Source: Alphaproteobacteria bacterium (GTDB lineage: Bacteria; Pseudomonadota; Alphaproteobacteria; Sphingomonadales; Sphingomonadaceae). Taken from it: a stretch of DNA of 64,000 nucleotides. Position numbers and translations under genes: made by a program. Positions 28,674 through 38,835 of this stretch are shown one piece after another (position 1 is the first letter of the stretch; each line of letters begins with the position of its first letter). The notes beneath the pieces were generated by a model that worked only from the letters and a program-made list of their open reading frames with translations, was not told the origin of the DNA and searched no databases. The stretch spans positions 794,829-858,828 of the forward strand of contig CAXNKR010000001.1 of the NCBI GenBank assembly GCA_964202995.1, in the 5' to 3' direction.

Positions 28674-30611
28674 ATGTCGGAAATCTATCCTGTTTCGGAT
28701 GATTGGAAGAAAAAGGCGTTTGTTACGGCGGAAGGTTACAACGCTGCTTATGCCCAGTCCATCAGCGATCCGGATACCTTCTGGCGCGCGGAGGCCAAGC
28801 GCCTCGACTGGATGACTCCGTTCACCAAAGTGAAGAATACGAGTTTTCACGAAACGGATTTCGGCATCAAATGGTTTGAGGATGGCGCGTTGAACGTTTC
28901 CGCCAACTGCATTGATCGCCATTTGCCCGAACGCAAAGATGATATCGCAATCATCTGGGAAGGCGATGATCCCTCGCAGCAACGGCGGATCACGTTTGGC
29001 GAGCTGCATGCCGAAGTCTGCGTGATGGCCAACGCCTTGAAGGCATTAGGCGCACAAAAGGGCGACCGCATCACGATCTATATGCCGATGATTCCCGAAG
29101 CCGCGATGGCGATGCTCGCCTGCACCCGCATTGGGGCAATCCATTCTATCGTATTTGGCGGCTTTTCGCCCGAGGCGCTTGCGGGGCGCATTCAGGATTG
29201 CGATTCCAATATTGTCATCACTGCCGATGCCGGAATGCGCGGTGGGAAGCTGGTTCCGTTGAAGCAGAATGTGGACGCGGCGCTGACGCATTGCGCGTCG
29301 GTTAAGGCGTGCCTTGTGATGCGCCATGTTGGAAACGACATCACCATGCAAGGGGTGCGCGACGTCTGGTATCACGATATTCGGACAACGGTCTCAAGCG
29401 ACTGCGAACCCGAAATCATTGGCGCAGAAGACCCGCTGTTCATATTATATACGTCGGGTTCGACCGGAAAACCAAAGGGCGTATTGCACACCACCGGCGG
29501 GTATCTGGTATGGGCCGCGATGACGCATCATTATGTGTTCAACTATACGCCGGGCGAAGTGTATTGGTGTGCCGCCGACATTGGCTGGGTGACTGGCCAT
29601 AGCTATGTCGTTTACGGTCCGCTTGCGAACGGTGCGACGACCGTGATGTTTGAAGGGGTTCCCAATTATCCCGACCACAGCCGGTTCTGGCAAATTGTTG
29701 ACCGGCATCAAGTCAATATTTTCTATGGCGCGCCAACGGCCTTGCGGTCATTAATGCGCGAAGGCGATGATTGGGTGAAGCAAACCTCCCGCAGTTCGCT
29801 GCGTTTGCTGGGGTCGGTCGGCGAACCGATCAATCCGGAGGCATGGGAGTGGTATTATCATGTCGTCGGCGAAGGCCGCTGTCCGATTGTTGACACCTAT
29901 TGGCAGACCGAAACGGGCGCGACGATGATGACGCCTTTACCGGGTGCACATGCCTTGAAACCGGGCGCAGCATCAAAAGCCATGTTTGGCGTGCAGCCAG
30001 TGCTTGTCGACGGCGACGGCAAAGTGCTGGAAGGCGCCACGGACGGCAATTTGTGCATGATCGATAGCTGGCCGGGTCAGATGCGCTCCGTCTGGGGCGA
30101 TCATGAACGGTTTTTCCAAACCTATTTCACCACTTATCCCGGCAAATATTTCACTGGAGATGGATGCCGGCGAGATGCGGACGGGGATTATTGGATTACG
30201 GGACGGGTTGACGACGTGATTAATGTTTCGGGCCACCGCATGGGCACGGCCGAAGTCGAAAGCGCACTCGTCGCCCATGCCAAAGTCGCCGAGGCGGCGG
30301 TGGTGGGTTTCCCGCACGACATTAAAGGGCAGGGCATTTACGCCTATGTAACGCTCAATGCGAATGAGGTGGGGTCAGCTGATATCCGGGCCGACCTCAT
30401 CAAATGGGTGCGCCATGAAATCGGCCCGATCGCAACGCCAGATGTCATCCATTTTGCCCCTGCTTTGCCGAAAACACGCTCCGGAAAAATCATGCGCCGG
30501 ATATTGCGCAAGATTGCCGAAGGGGATGTGTCTAATTTAGGAGATATCTCGACCCTTGCGGATCCGTCGGTCGTGGACAATCTAGTGCAATCAAGGTCCT
30601 CCGCCGCGTAA
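28674..30611 (+). CDS. acs: Acetyl-CoA synthetase
   Basis: [44 protein letters not shown]. Confidence 0.97.
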   Translation: MSEIYPVSDDWKKKAFVTAEGYNAAYAQSISDPDTFWRAEAKRLDWMTPFTKVKNTSFHETDFGIKWFEDGALNVSANCIDRHLPERKDDIAIIWEGDDPSQQRRITFGELHAEVCVMANALKALGAQKGDRITIYMPMIPEAAMAMLACTRIGAIHSIVFGGFSPEALAGRIQDCDSNIVITADAGMRGGKLVPLKQNVDAALTHCASVKACLVMRHVGNDITMQGVRDVWYHDIRTTVSSDCEPEIIGAEDPLFILYTSGSTGKPKGVLHTTGGYLVWAAMTHHYVFNYTPGEVYWCAADIGWVTGHSYVVYGPLANGATTVMFEGVPNYPDHSRFWQIVDRHQVNIFYGAPTALRSLMREGDDWVKQTSRSSLRLLGSVGEPINPEAWEWYYHVVGEGRCPIVDTYWQTETGATMMTPLPGAHALKPGAASKAMFGVQPVLVDGDGKVLEGATDGNLCMIDSWPGQMRSVWGDHERFFQTYFTTYPGKYFTGDGCRRDADGDYWITGRVDDVINVSGHRMGTAEVESALVAHAKVAEAAVVGFPHDIKGQGIYAYVTLNANEVGSADIRADLIKWVRHEIGPIATPDVIHFAPALPKTRSGKIMRRILRKIAEGDVSNLGDISTLADPSVVDNLVQSRSSAA

Positions 30612-30623
30612 ATCGTCCCGGCT

Positions 30624-31640
30624 TCAGGCTGTTGCGCGTATGAGCAGTCTAACCGGAACAGGGTTGATGCTTGGCGCTTCGTCTTTAAGCGTGGCGATCA
30701 AGGCTTTGACCAGCATTTCGCCTGCTTGCACATAATCCTGCTCAATCGTGGTGAGCGGCGGCTGCGCATAAGCGCCCATCGCGATGCCATCAAACCCGAT
30801 GACGCGCACATCCTTGCCTACGGCAATATGATGCTCATCCAGCGCGCGCATGGCACCGAGCGCAATAAAATCATTCGCACAGAACAAGCCGTCGAACGCA
30901 ATTTTGTCACGGATGAGGCCTTGGACTGCGGCATAGCCTTGGTCCTCACGCACCGCGTTTTCGGGGAGCGGTGGGCAAATGGGCTGCATAGCCTTAGCCG
31001 ACATGTGCGCCATATAAGTTGTCAGCCGATCCTGAAACTGCGGCTGCTCGCTATTGGTGGGGCCAATATAGGCAATATTTTTACAACCCTGTTGCAACAA
31101 ATGGTCAATAGCCAGTTGCGCGCCTTGAACATTGTCGCTTTTGATCGAAATCAGGTCTTCTTTGCTGGCACCCCAGCAGATCATAGGCGTTTTGTGCCGG
31201 GCATATTCACCGAAAAACTGCCAACCTGCGATATTCTGACCGCTGCCAATGACGATGAGGCCATCGGCCTGTCGGCTGCCGGTGTAATTGGCAAAGAAAT
31301 TTGCCGGAGAGTCCTGAAACGAGATGATGAGATTATATCCGCGTTCGGCAGCAGAAGCGGCAATGCAGCCCAATAAAGACAAATAAAACGGGTTTATCCG
31401 CGCTCTATTTTCCCCCTGCCGACACAGGATGACAAGCGCGATCGAATAGGTCTGCTGCGTGCGCAGGCGAAGGGCGTTGTGGTCAACCGAATAATTCAGT
31501 TCGCTTGCGAGCGCAACGATGCGCGCGCGGGTGGTTTCGTTGACTTTCTTATCCCCGCGCAAGGCACGAGAAACGGTCGGCTGCGATACCCCAAGCATGG
31601 CCGCAATCTGATGCGCAGTAATGCGTCCTTCTTTACCCAT
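30624..31640 (-). CDS. LacI-family transcriptional regulator
   Basis: IAAMLGVSQPTVSRAL HTH, FCANDFIALGA, IGFDG, PPLTTIEQ. Confidence 0.93.
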   Translation of the reverse strand: MGKEGRITAHQIAAMLGVSQPTVSRALRGDKKVNETTRARIVALASELNYSVDHNALRLRTQQTYSIALVILCRQGENRARINPFYLSLLGCIAASAAERGYNLIISFQDSPANFFANYTGSRQADGLIVIGSGQNIAGWQFFGEYARHKTPMICWGASKEDLISIKSDNVQGAQLAIDHLLQQGCKNIAYIGPTNSEQPQFQDRLTTYMAHMSAKAMQPICPPLPENAVREDQGYAAVQGLIRDKIAFDGLFCANDFIALGAMRALDEHHIAVGKDVRVIGFDGIAMGAYAQPPLTTIEQDYVQAGEMLVKALIATLKDEAPSINPVPVRLLIRATA

Positions 31641-31671
31641 GCCGTATGTTTACCACTGGCAAGCGGTCAAG

Positions 31672-32799
31672 TCACGCAGTGAGGGCCGTTTCGGGCGCAA
31701 CAAATGCAAGGTTGAGGCTTTCTGCAACCGCTTGGCTGGTGACTTTACCCTGATGCACGTTCAAACCGGCCAGCAAGCCGCGTCCGGTCTCTGTGCCGCT
31801 GTCCAGCGCGGCAATGCCGTGATTTGCAAGCGCTAGGCCATAGGGTAAGGTCGCGTTGTTAAGTGCGGCCGCGCTGGTCTGCGGGACGGCGCCTGGCATG
31901 TTTGCGACGCAATAATGAATAATGCTGTCAACGACATAAGTGGGTTCGGCGTGCGTGGTGGGGCGCGATGTTTCAAAGCAACCCCCTTGGTCAATGGCGA
32001 CATCGACCAAGACCGCACCAGGCTTCATCCGCTTCAGCATTTCGCGGGTCACAAGGCGTGGAGCGCTTGCACCGGGAATAAGCACTGCGCCAATGACGGC
32101 GTCGGATATGCTGATTTCATGGTCGATGGTTTCTAGCGTCGAATACCGCGTGCGTACCCGTCCGTTGAACATCTCGTCAAGTTGGCGCAGGCGTGGGATC
32201 GAACGGTCAACGATGGTGACCTCCGCGCCAAGGCCAACGGCCATCCGTGCCGCATGCGTGCCAACAACGCCGCCACCCAATACCGTAACGCGGCCAGCCG
32301 GAACGCCGGGGACGCCGCCGAGCAATATGCCTGCGCCACCTTCGCTGCGGCGCATGGCTTGGCCGGCGGCTTCAATAGCGAGGCGACCAGCAACTTCGCT
32401 CATGGGTGCCAATAAGGGTAGGGCACCACGATCATCGGTCACGGTTTCATACGCAATGGCGGTGCATCCGCTAGCGATCAGGCCCTTTGCTTGCGCTGGA
32501 TCGGGTGCAAGATGCAAATAGGTGAAGAGCAATTGGCCGGGGCGAAGCTGCACCCATTCGCTTGGCTGAGGCTCCTTGACCTTGATGATCATATCGCAGC
32601 CAGCAAAAATCTCCTTTGCTGTCGCAGCGATTTCTGCGCCGACGGCACGATAGGCGTCGTCATTTGCCATGATGCCCGTGCCAGCACCTGATTGCACGAC
32701 GACCTTATGACCCGCGGCCACATATTCGCGCACGGCACCGGGCGTTAGGCCAACGCGATATTCATGAACCTTGATTTCGCTTGGGACGCCAACACGCAT
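31672..32799 (-). CDS. ald: Alanine dehydrogenase
   Basis: EIKVHEYRVGLTP, FTYLHLA, PLLAPMSEVAGR, DVAIDQGGCFET, HYCVANMPG. Confidence 0.97.
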   Translation of the reverse strand: MRVGVPSEIKVHEYRVGLTPGAVREYVAAGHKVVVQSGAGTGIMANDDAYRAVGAEIAATAKEIFAGCDMIIKVKEPQPSEWVQLRPGQLLFTYLHLAPDPAQAKGLIASGCTAIAYETVTDDRGALPLLAPMSEVAGRLAIEAAGQAMRRSEGGAGILLGGVPGVPAGRVTVLGGGVVGTHAARMAVGLGAEVTIVDRSIPRLRQLDEMFNGRVRTRYSTLETIDHEISISDAVIGAVLIPGASAPRLVTREMLKRMKPGAVLVDVAIDQGGCFETSRPTTHAEPTYVVDSIIHYCVANMPGAVPQTSAAALNNATLPYGLALANHGIAALDSGTETGRGLLAGLNVHQGKVTSQAVAESLNLAFVAPETALTA

Positions 32800-32928
32800 G
32801 ATTTTTGCTCCTCATAATATGTTGGTAAAGATTAGCATTGTCAGGATGTCGAAACTCCGCAAAGATTCGACTTATATGGACATTGAGTGCATATATTCGT
32901 CGCATTGATGGTATTGGATAAAAATAAT

Positions 32929-33399
32929 ATGCAACTTGATCGGGCGGACCGTAAATTATTGGGTGCGTTAGTGACAAATGGCCGCGCGACTCAGATGGAA
33001 CTGGGTGAGGCGGCTGGCCTGTCCCCAAGCGCGGCGGCGCGTCGGCAAAAAGCCTTGGAAGATGAAGGCATATTGCGTGGCTATCGTGCCGATGTGAACT
33101 TAAGCAAATTGGGTTTGGGGGCTACGGTGATGGTGACAATCACCCTAGACAGCCAAAGCGAGGAGGCGATGGCAGCGTTTGAGGCTGCGGTCGTCAACAG
33201 TCCGTCGACAATCCGGTGTCACCTGATGAGCGGGCGGAATGACTATCTGCTGGTGGTGCGCGCCGCATCGATTGAGGATTATGAAATCATCCACCGGCAG
33301 GAAATTGCCCGCTTGCCCCGGGTCGCGCGGATCGAAACCGCATTTGCGTTGCGCGAAGTGGTGAATCGAGCCGTTCCGCCGCGTCTTTTTGACACATAA
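32929..33399 (+). CDS. Lrp/AsnC regulator, divergent from ald (AldR-like)
   Basis: LDRADRKLL, GLSPSAAARRQKALEDEG, MSGRNDYLL. Confidence 0.92.
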   Translation: MQLDRADRKLLGALVTNGRATQMELGEAAGLSPSAAARRQKALEDEGILRGYRADVNLSKLGLGATVMVTITLDSQSEEAMAAFEAAVVNSPSTIRCHLMSGRNDYLLVVRAASIEDYEIIHRQEIARLPRVARIETAFALREVVNRAVPPRLFDT

Positions 33400-33446
33400 C
33401 ACAGCTACAAATTGGCTTAGAAAACGACGATGTTATGCATTCCGGC

Positions 33447-33471
33447 GGAACTTGTCTGTTCCAATCCTGTT
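33447..33471 (+). promoter_or_regulatory. Putative EcfG/sigmaT general-stress promoter
   Basis: GGAAC-N16-TGTT, versus consensus GGAAC-N16/17-CGTT; 26 nt upstream of the small ORF. Confidence 0.45.
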
Positions 33472-33497
33472 TCAGTGTCAGGAAACGGAGATTTGTC

Positions 33498-33569
33498 ATG
33501 GGAAGAACAGTTGGTATCAGCATTGGCGGTTTGATTTTGCTCGTGGTGATCGTCGCAATTTTATTCTGA
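33498..33569 (+). CDS. 23-aa single-pass membrane peptide MGRTVGISIGGLILLVVIVAILF (not in ORF track)
   Basis: GGAG 7 nt upstream of ATG, a continuous hydrophobic helix, TGA, then a hairpin. Confidence 0.6.
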   Translation: MGRTVGISIGGLILLVVIVAILF

Positions 33570-33999
33570 TCCGGACAGCCTGACAGGCTGCAGTAGGTAC
33601 CTGTTTTAAAATGCCAAACAGTTTGACTGTCTGGGGTGCAGCGCTACAGCTTTGTAATGCGGTTGCGCTGCCGAAAAGGCCGGGCTCGTGCATGACTGTG
33701 CCCACTGTCCGAACGGTGCCATGTCTAGGTTTAGGACCTATTTCCCTGATATGTTGTCTCGTCTCAGACTGTGACTGTTTTGTCACAGCGCCTAAAAAGG
33801 ACAATGAGGTTGACACAAAATTGCTTGCTTGGCGCACGCTTTGATGTTTGTGTGCAATTGCACAATAAAGCGGTGGCAAAGTAAAGCTGACCATGGCGTG
33901 GGCAAACAGATCTAGCGGGAATAGAACGGCATTTGCCGATTTTGCTGCACTGCGCGGATATCGGCCTCGTATCTACTGTACCTAAGAAGGGGTAAAATT

Positions 34000-34722
34000 A
34001 TGCGTAATTCCATTTTGAAGTTGGCAAGCATGAGCGTCGCAATAAGCGCGATAGCGTTGTCGGCACCTGCTTTCGCGCAAGAAGCAGCTGAAGAAACGGC
34101 TGGCCCAGTCACCCTGACTGGCGGCGTGGCTGTTGTGTCTGACTATCGGTTCCGCGGCGTTTCGCTCTCCGATAAGGATTTTGCAGTCCAACCTTATCTG
34201 ACCGTAAGTCACGAGTCTGGCCTGTATGTGGGCGCTTGGGGTTCCAATCTCGCCGACAACGCAGGGGACGATGTTGAGGTTGACCTTTACGCCGGTTTTG
34301 CCGGTGGCGAAGACGTAACATATGACATTAGCGCGACCTATTATACGTATCCGGGCGTATCGAGCTTCAACTATGTTGAATTGACTGGCAAGCTTGGTTC
34401 AACCGTTGGCCCTGCGACCGTCGGCGTGCAATTGAGCTATGTCCCAAGTCAGGATAACACCGGTAATAACGACAACATCTATTTTGGTACCAACGCCACC
34501 ATCGCTGTGCCAAACTCCCCCATTTCGATTGTCGGATCGATGGGCGTAGAAGATGGCGCGTTCACGGCTGGTAGTGAAAAAGTTGATTGGTCACTTGGCC
34601 TGACCGCTGCTGTTTCCGGTTTCACACTGGGCGTCTCTTATGTCGATGCCAACCGCGAGACGATCTTTGCACCCAGGGACAGCGCAGCCGGCGTTGTGTT
34701 CTCGGTAAGCTACGGCTTCTGA
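34000..34722 (+). CDS. TorF-family putative porin
   Basis: Signal peptide ending APAFA, SDYRFRGVSLS, EVDLYAG, C-terminal SVSYGF. Confidence 0.88.
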   Translation: MRNSILKLASMSVAISAIALSAPAFAQEAAEETAGPVTLTGGVAVVSDYRFRGVSLSDKDFAVQPYLTVSHESGLYVGAWGSNLADNAGDDVEVDLYAGFAGGEDVTYDISATYYTYPGVSSFNYVELTGKLGSTVGPATVGVQLSYVPSQDNTGNNDNIYFGTNATIAVPNSPISIVGSMGVEDGAFTAGSEKVDWSLGLTAAVSGFTLGVSYVDANRETIFAPRDSAAGVVFSVSYGF

Positions 34723-34840
34723 TAGCGTTTCGAACGTTTTTGGCCCCGCAAAAAACGGTGGCCTAGAAAAGGCTCATGCCGGGCTTGACCTTTCAAGTCC
34801 GGCATGCGCTTATCAGCGTTCAAAAAACTGGTGAAAAACA

Positions 34841-36187
34841 ATGTCCGTCAATCTTGCGAATTGGATCGCTGAGCACAAAATCGATGAGGTTGAGTGCATC
34901 GTCCCCGACATTAACGGCGTGCAGCGTGGCAAGGTTCTGCCTGCGAAAAAGTTTCTGGCCTCTGTCCGTGACAAATCGCTGCGCATACCGGGCAGTGTTT
35001 TCATCTGCACCATCGATGGTCATTATCCCGAAGACATTGCGGATATTTGGGACAAGGATCCGGACAAAATTCTGGTCGCTGATCCCGACACAATCTGCGT
35101 CGCGCCGGGCTTCAAATCACCGACCGCTTTCGTGATTGCTGATGTGCTGCATGGCGATGGAAGCGAGGTTGAAATTGCCCCGCGCACGATATTGAAAAAA
35201 GTACTCAACATGTATGCCCAGCGTGGGTGGAAGCCGATTATGGCACCTGAGGTTGAGTTTTACCTTGTTAGTCAGAATGTCGACCCAGACTTTCCATTAG
35301 TGCCGCCTACCGGCTCTAGCGGACGCGCAGAAACCGCAAGTCAGCCTTATGGGTTGGAGGCGATGAATGAATATGAGGACATTATCGATCACATCTATGA
35401 TGATTGTGAGTTGATGGGCCTCGATATCGACACGATGATCCACGAAATGGGTGCAGCGCAGCTTGAAGTGAACTTCGTCCATGGCGACCCGTTGAAGCTG
35501 GCGGACCAAGTGTTTCTGTTCAAACGCACCGTTCGCGCCGTTGCCAAACAGCATGGCGTTTATGCGACCTTCATGGCGAACCCGATGGCCGGGCAGCCGG
35601 GCAGCGCAATGCATATCCACCAGTCGGTGGTTGACGCTGAAACTGGCCGCAACCTCTTTTCCAACGCCAATGGTAAGGACAGTGCGTTGTTCCGCAGCTA
35701 TATAGCGGGTCTTGTGAAGTTCATGCCGCAAATATCGCCGCTTTGGGCGCCTAATGTGAACAGCTTCCGCCGGATGCGCCCCGATAGCGCTGCGCCCATC
35801 AACGTCCAATGGGGCGAGGACAATCGAAGCTGCGGTTTCCGCGTGCCAATTTCGGACAAGGCCAACCGCCGCGTTGAAAACCGCTTACCAGGCGCTGACT
35901 CCAACCCCTATCTCGCCATGGCAGCGTCGTTGGTCTGCGGCTATATTGGTATGGCAGAGCGGATGGTGCCTGCCAAAGCGATCACTGGCAGCGCCTATAA
36001 CCGCGCGCGCACCTTGCCCCGCACGTTGGAGGCTGCCTTGGACCGTTTCAGTGCCTGCAAGCCAGTGCGCAATTTGCTTGGAGAAGAGTTTTTCGACATC
36101 TTCTACGCGGTCAAGGATTATGAATTGTTCAATTATCAGTCCGTGGTCTCGAGCTGGGAACGTGAGCATTTGTTGCTGAGGGTTTAA
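34841..36187 (+). CDS. Glutamine-synthetase-like gamma-glutamyl-amine ligase (PuuA/PauA-like)
   Basis: PDINGVQRGK, APEVEFY, HEMGAAQLE, GSAMHIHQS, VENRLPGADSNPYL. Confidence 0.88.
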   Translation: MSVNLANWIAEHKIDEVECIVPDINGVQRGKVLPAKKFLASVRDKSLRIPGSVFICTIDGHYPEDIADIWDKDPDKILVADPDTICVAPGFKSPTAFVIADVLHGDGSEVEIAPRTILKKVLNMYAQRGWKPIMAPEVEFYLVSQNVDPDFPLVPPTGSSGRAETASQPYGLEAMNEYEDIIDHIYDDCELMGLDIDTMIHEMGAAQLEVNFVHGDPLKLADQVFLFKRTVRAVAKQHGVYATFMANPMAGQPGSAMHIHQSVVDAETGRNLFSNANGKDSALFRSYIAGLVKFMPQISPLWAPNVNSFRRMRPDSAAPINVQWGEDNRSCGFRVPISDKANRRVENRLPGADSNPYLAMAASLVCGYIGMAERMVPAKAITGSAYNRARTLPRTLEAALDRFSACKPVRNLLGEEFFDIFYAVKDYELFNYQSVVSSWEREHLLLRV

Positions 36188-37467
36188 TGCCTGATCGGTT
36201 GAATGGCAGCTATTATCGCGCGACCGCTAATGCTTGGCGCACGCAAGCTTCCCTAGGTTCCAGTTTGAATTGCGACGTCGTTGTCATTGGCGGCGGTTTT
36301 ACTGGCCTTTCCGCCGCGCTTGCCTGTGCCGAAAAAGGCCTTTCGGTTGTATTGCTTGAGGCCCAGACCATTGGCTTTGGTGCGTCAGGCCGCAATGGTG
36401 GTCAACTCATCCCCGGCCTGCGCTGGTCGATGCGCGAAATTGACGCAGAGTTTGGCCGGGAACGCGCGCAGGCTATATTTAATCTGGCGTATGGCGCGGT
36501 CGACCGGGTCAAACACCGTATCGCCGAACATCATATTCAGTGTGATGCAAAAGCTGGGCATTTGGAAGCGGCCTACAAGCCAGCGCATTTCGATGCGATG
36601 CAACGCGATGCAGCATTTTTGGCCCAGCATTTTGGTTGGGAGGCGCAGATCGTCCAATCACAGGATATCGGGCGTCATGTTCACGGCGGTGGTTATCACG
36701 GCGGTATTTATGACGCGCAAGGCGGGCATTTCCATCCTTTGAATTACGCGCTTGGGCTTGCAAAGGCGGCGCAAAAGGCTGGCGTGCGGATATATGAACA
36801 TATGGCGGCCCAAACGCCTGTCGATACAGGAACGCAGATTGAGATACAGACCGGGACAGGGGCAGGGGCAGCAACTTTGACCGCCAAGCATGTCATCATG
36901 GCGGCCGACACGTGGACGGGGGGCATCGCGCCCGATTTGCGCAGCTACACCGTCCCAATCATGAACTATAATATTGCGACTGCGCCGCTGCCTAATGCTG
37001 ACCAGTTACTCCCCAGTGACGCGGCGGTGGCGGACAGTCGCTTTGTGTTGAATTATTTCCGCCTCTCTGCGGATAAACGCCTCATTTTTGGCGGTGGTGA
37101 AAAATATGTGCAGACGCCGCCCGCTGACATTGGCGCGTTTGTGCGTAAGCACATTGCTGAGGTGTTCCCCTCTCTCGGCAATGTGCCCATCGATTATGCC
37201 TGGGGTGGTGCCGTTGGCGTTACCATGAACCGGCTGCCGCATATGGGGCGCAAGGGAAATGTGTTTTACGCCCACGGCTTTTCTGGCCATGGCGCGTTGG
37301 TCACGACGCTGGCGGGGGAATTGATGGCAGAGGCGGTGGTTGGCACAATGTCACGTTTTGATGTTTTCGCAAACTTCCCGCACAGCCGCTTTCCGGGCGG
37401 AAAATGGCTCGCGCGTCCATTGGCGACGCTTGGGTTGCTTTATTATGCGATGCGAGACCGTTTATGA
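36187..37467 (+). CDS. FAD-dependent oxidoreductase, PuuB/PauB-like
   Basis: GGGFTGLSAA, GASGRNGGQ, FHPLNYALG, NYFRLSAD, GFSGHG. Confidence 0.88.
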   Translation: MPDRLNGSYYRATANAWRTQASLGSSLNCDVVVIGGGFTGLSAALACAEKGLSVVLLEAQTIGFGASGRNGGQLIPGLRWSMREIDAEFGRERAQAIFNLAYGAVDRVKHRIAEHHIQCDAKAGHLEAAYKPAHFDAMQRDAAFLAQHFGWEAQIVQSQDIGRHVHGGGYHGGIYDAQGGHFHPLNYALGLAKAAQKAGVRIYEHMAAQTPVDTGTQIEIQTGTGAGAATLTAKHVIMAADTWTGGIAPDLRSYTVPIMNYNIATAPLPNADQLLPSDAAVADSRFVLNYFRLSADKRLIFGGGEKYVQTPPADIGAFVRKHIAEVFPSLGNVPIDYAWGGAVGVTMNRLPHMGRKGNVFYAHGFSGHGALVTTLAGELMAEAVVGTMSRFDVFANFPHSRFPGGKWLARPLATLGLLYYAMRDRL

Positions 37468-38831
37468 TCGACCGCCAAGCCATAAGCGATATGCGCCAAC
37501 GCGAAGTCGCGCGCTTCATTACGGCTAACCTGAAATCCAAGGCGCAGGCTGAGTCCTCTAAAAGCTGGTTCCAAGGCGTGCCATTCCATTGGATGCTCGA
37601 TTGGTCCACCCCATTCCCGATCGTCGCTCAGGCGGCTTCTGGCGCGACGCTGACGAGTGTTGACGGGCAGGTATTCGATGACTTCTGCCTTGGCGACACC
37701 GCGAGCATGTTTGGCCATTCGCCCACGCCACTTGCCGAAGCGATTGCCGCGCAAGCAGGGCAGGGCTTAAGCTACATGCTGCCTCCCGCGAAGGGCGCGG
37801 AATTAGGCGCGATGCTCGCCGACATGTTTGGTCTGCCGCAATGGCAAGTGACGACGACAGCGAGTGAAGCCAATCGGGCCGTCATTCGTTGGTGTCGCGG
37901 GATGACGGGACGCGACAAGATTTTGATCTTCAACGGCTGCTATCATGGCGCGGTCGATGATGTGTTCGTGGACTTGCGCGAGGGCCGCGCGGTTAACCGG
38001 CCAAGCTTGATTGGGCAAGTGCAGGACTTGCTGCCGACGACTGTTACAATTGAGTTTAACGATGTGGACGCGCTGACGACCGCTTTGCGCGGCGGTGACA
38101 TCGCTTGCGTCTTGGCCGAACCGTTGATGACCAACATCGGCATGGTGCGCGATGCGCCGGGGTTCTTGACGGAATTGCGCCAGCTATGTGATAAAACTGG
38201 CACGATCTTGGTGCTGGACGAAACACACACCATTTCATCCGGCTATGGCGGGCACAGCAACGCGCATGGCCCAAAACCCGACATACTGGTCGTGGGTAAA
38301 TCCATCGGCGGCGGTGTGCCGTGCGCTGTCTATGGCTTTACGGCGGAAATTGCCGAACGGATGGCGGCGGTGAACGCGTCGCGCCCACCGGGGCATAGCG
38401 GCATAGGCACAACCTTATCAGGCAATGCGCTCGCCATTACCGCGATGCACGCAATGTTGGGGCAAGTGATTACGCGGGACGCTTATGCCCATATGCTGTC
38501 GATCACTGACCGGCTGGTGGCGCGATTGAACGCGGTAATCGCCGCACATGCGGTGCATTGGCATGTCAGCCATGTTGGCGCGCGCGTTGAATTGGTCTGT
38601 TCCGCTATCCCGCCGCGCAATGGCAGTGAAGCGCGCGCAGCTATTGACCATGAGCTGGAAAGCACGATACATCTTTATCTCGCCAATCGCGGCATCTTGC
38701 TTGCGCCATTCCACAATATGATGCTGGTTAGCCCGGTGACGCAAGCCGCACAGGTTGACCGCCTCGCGGCAGAGTTGAACAATGCGCTGACTGAGCTATT
38801 AGCATTTGAAAATTCAGGCGGACGGAAGTGA
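37464..38831 (+). CDS. Class III PLP aminotransferase, HemL/GSA-aminomutase-like
   Basis: DFCLGDTASMFGH, FNGCYHG, LVLDETHT, VVGKSIGGGVP, GTTLSGN; ATGA-coupled. Confidence 0.85.
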   Translation: MIDRQAISDMRQREVARFITANLKSKAQAESSKSWFQGVPFHWMLDWSTPFPIVAQAASGATLTSVDGQVFDDFCLGDTASMFGHSPTPLAEAIAAQAGQGLSYMLPPAKGAELGAMLADMFGLPQWQVTTTASEANRAVIRWCRGMTGRDKILIFNGCYHGAVDDVFVDLREGRAVNRPSLIGQVQDLLPTTVTIEFNDVDALTTALRGGDIACVLAEPLMTNIGMVRDAPGFLTELRQLCDKTGTILVLDETHTISSGYGGHSNAHGPKPDILVVGKSIGGGVPCAVYGFTAEIAERMAAVNASRPPGHSGIGTTLSGNALAITAMHAMLGQVITRDAYAHMLSITDRLVARLNAVIAAHAVHWHVSHVGARVELVCSAIPPRNGSEARAAIDHELESTIHLYLANRGILLAPFHNMMLVSPVTQAAQVDRLAAELNNALTELLAFENSGGRK

Positions 38832-38835
38832 CATC

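Noticed and set aside
33830-33844. Sigma-54 promoter TGGCGC-N5-TTGA upstream of torF
   Set aside because: The near-invariant -12 GC is GA, so support is too weak.
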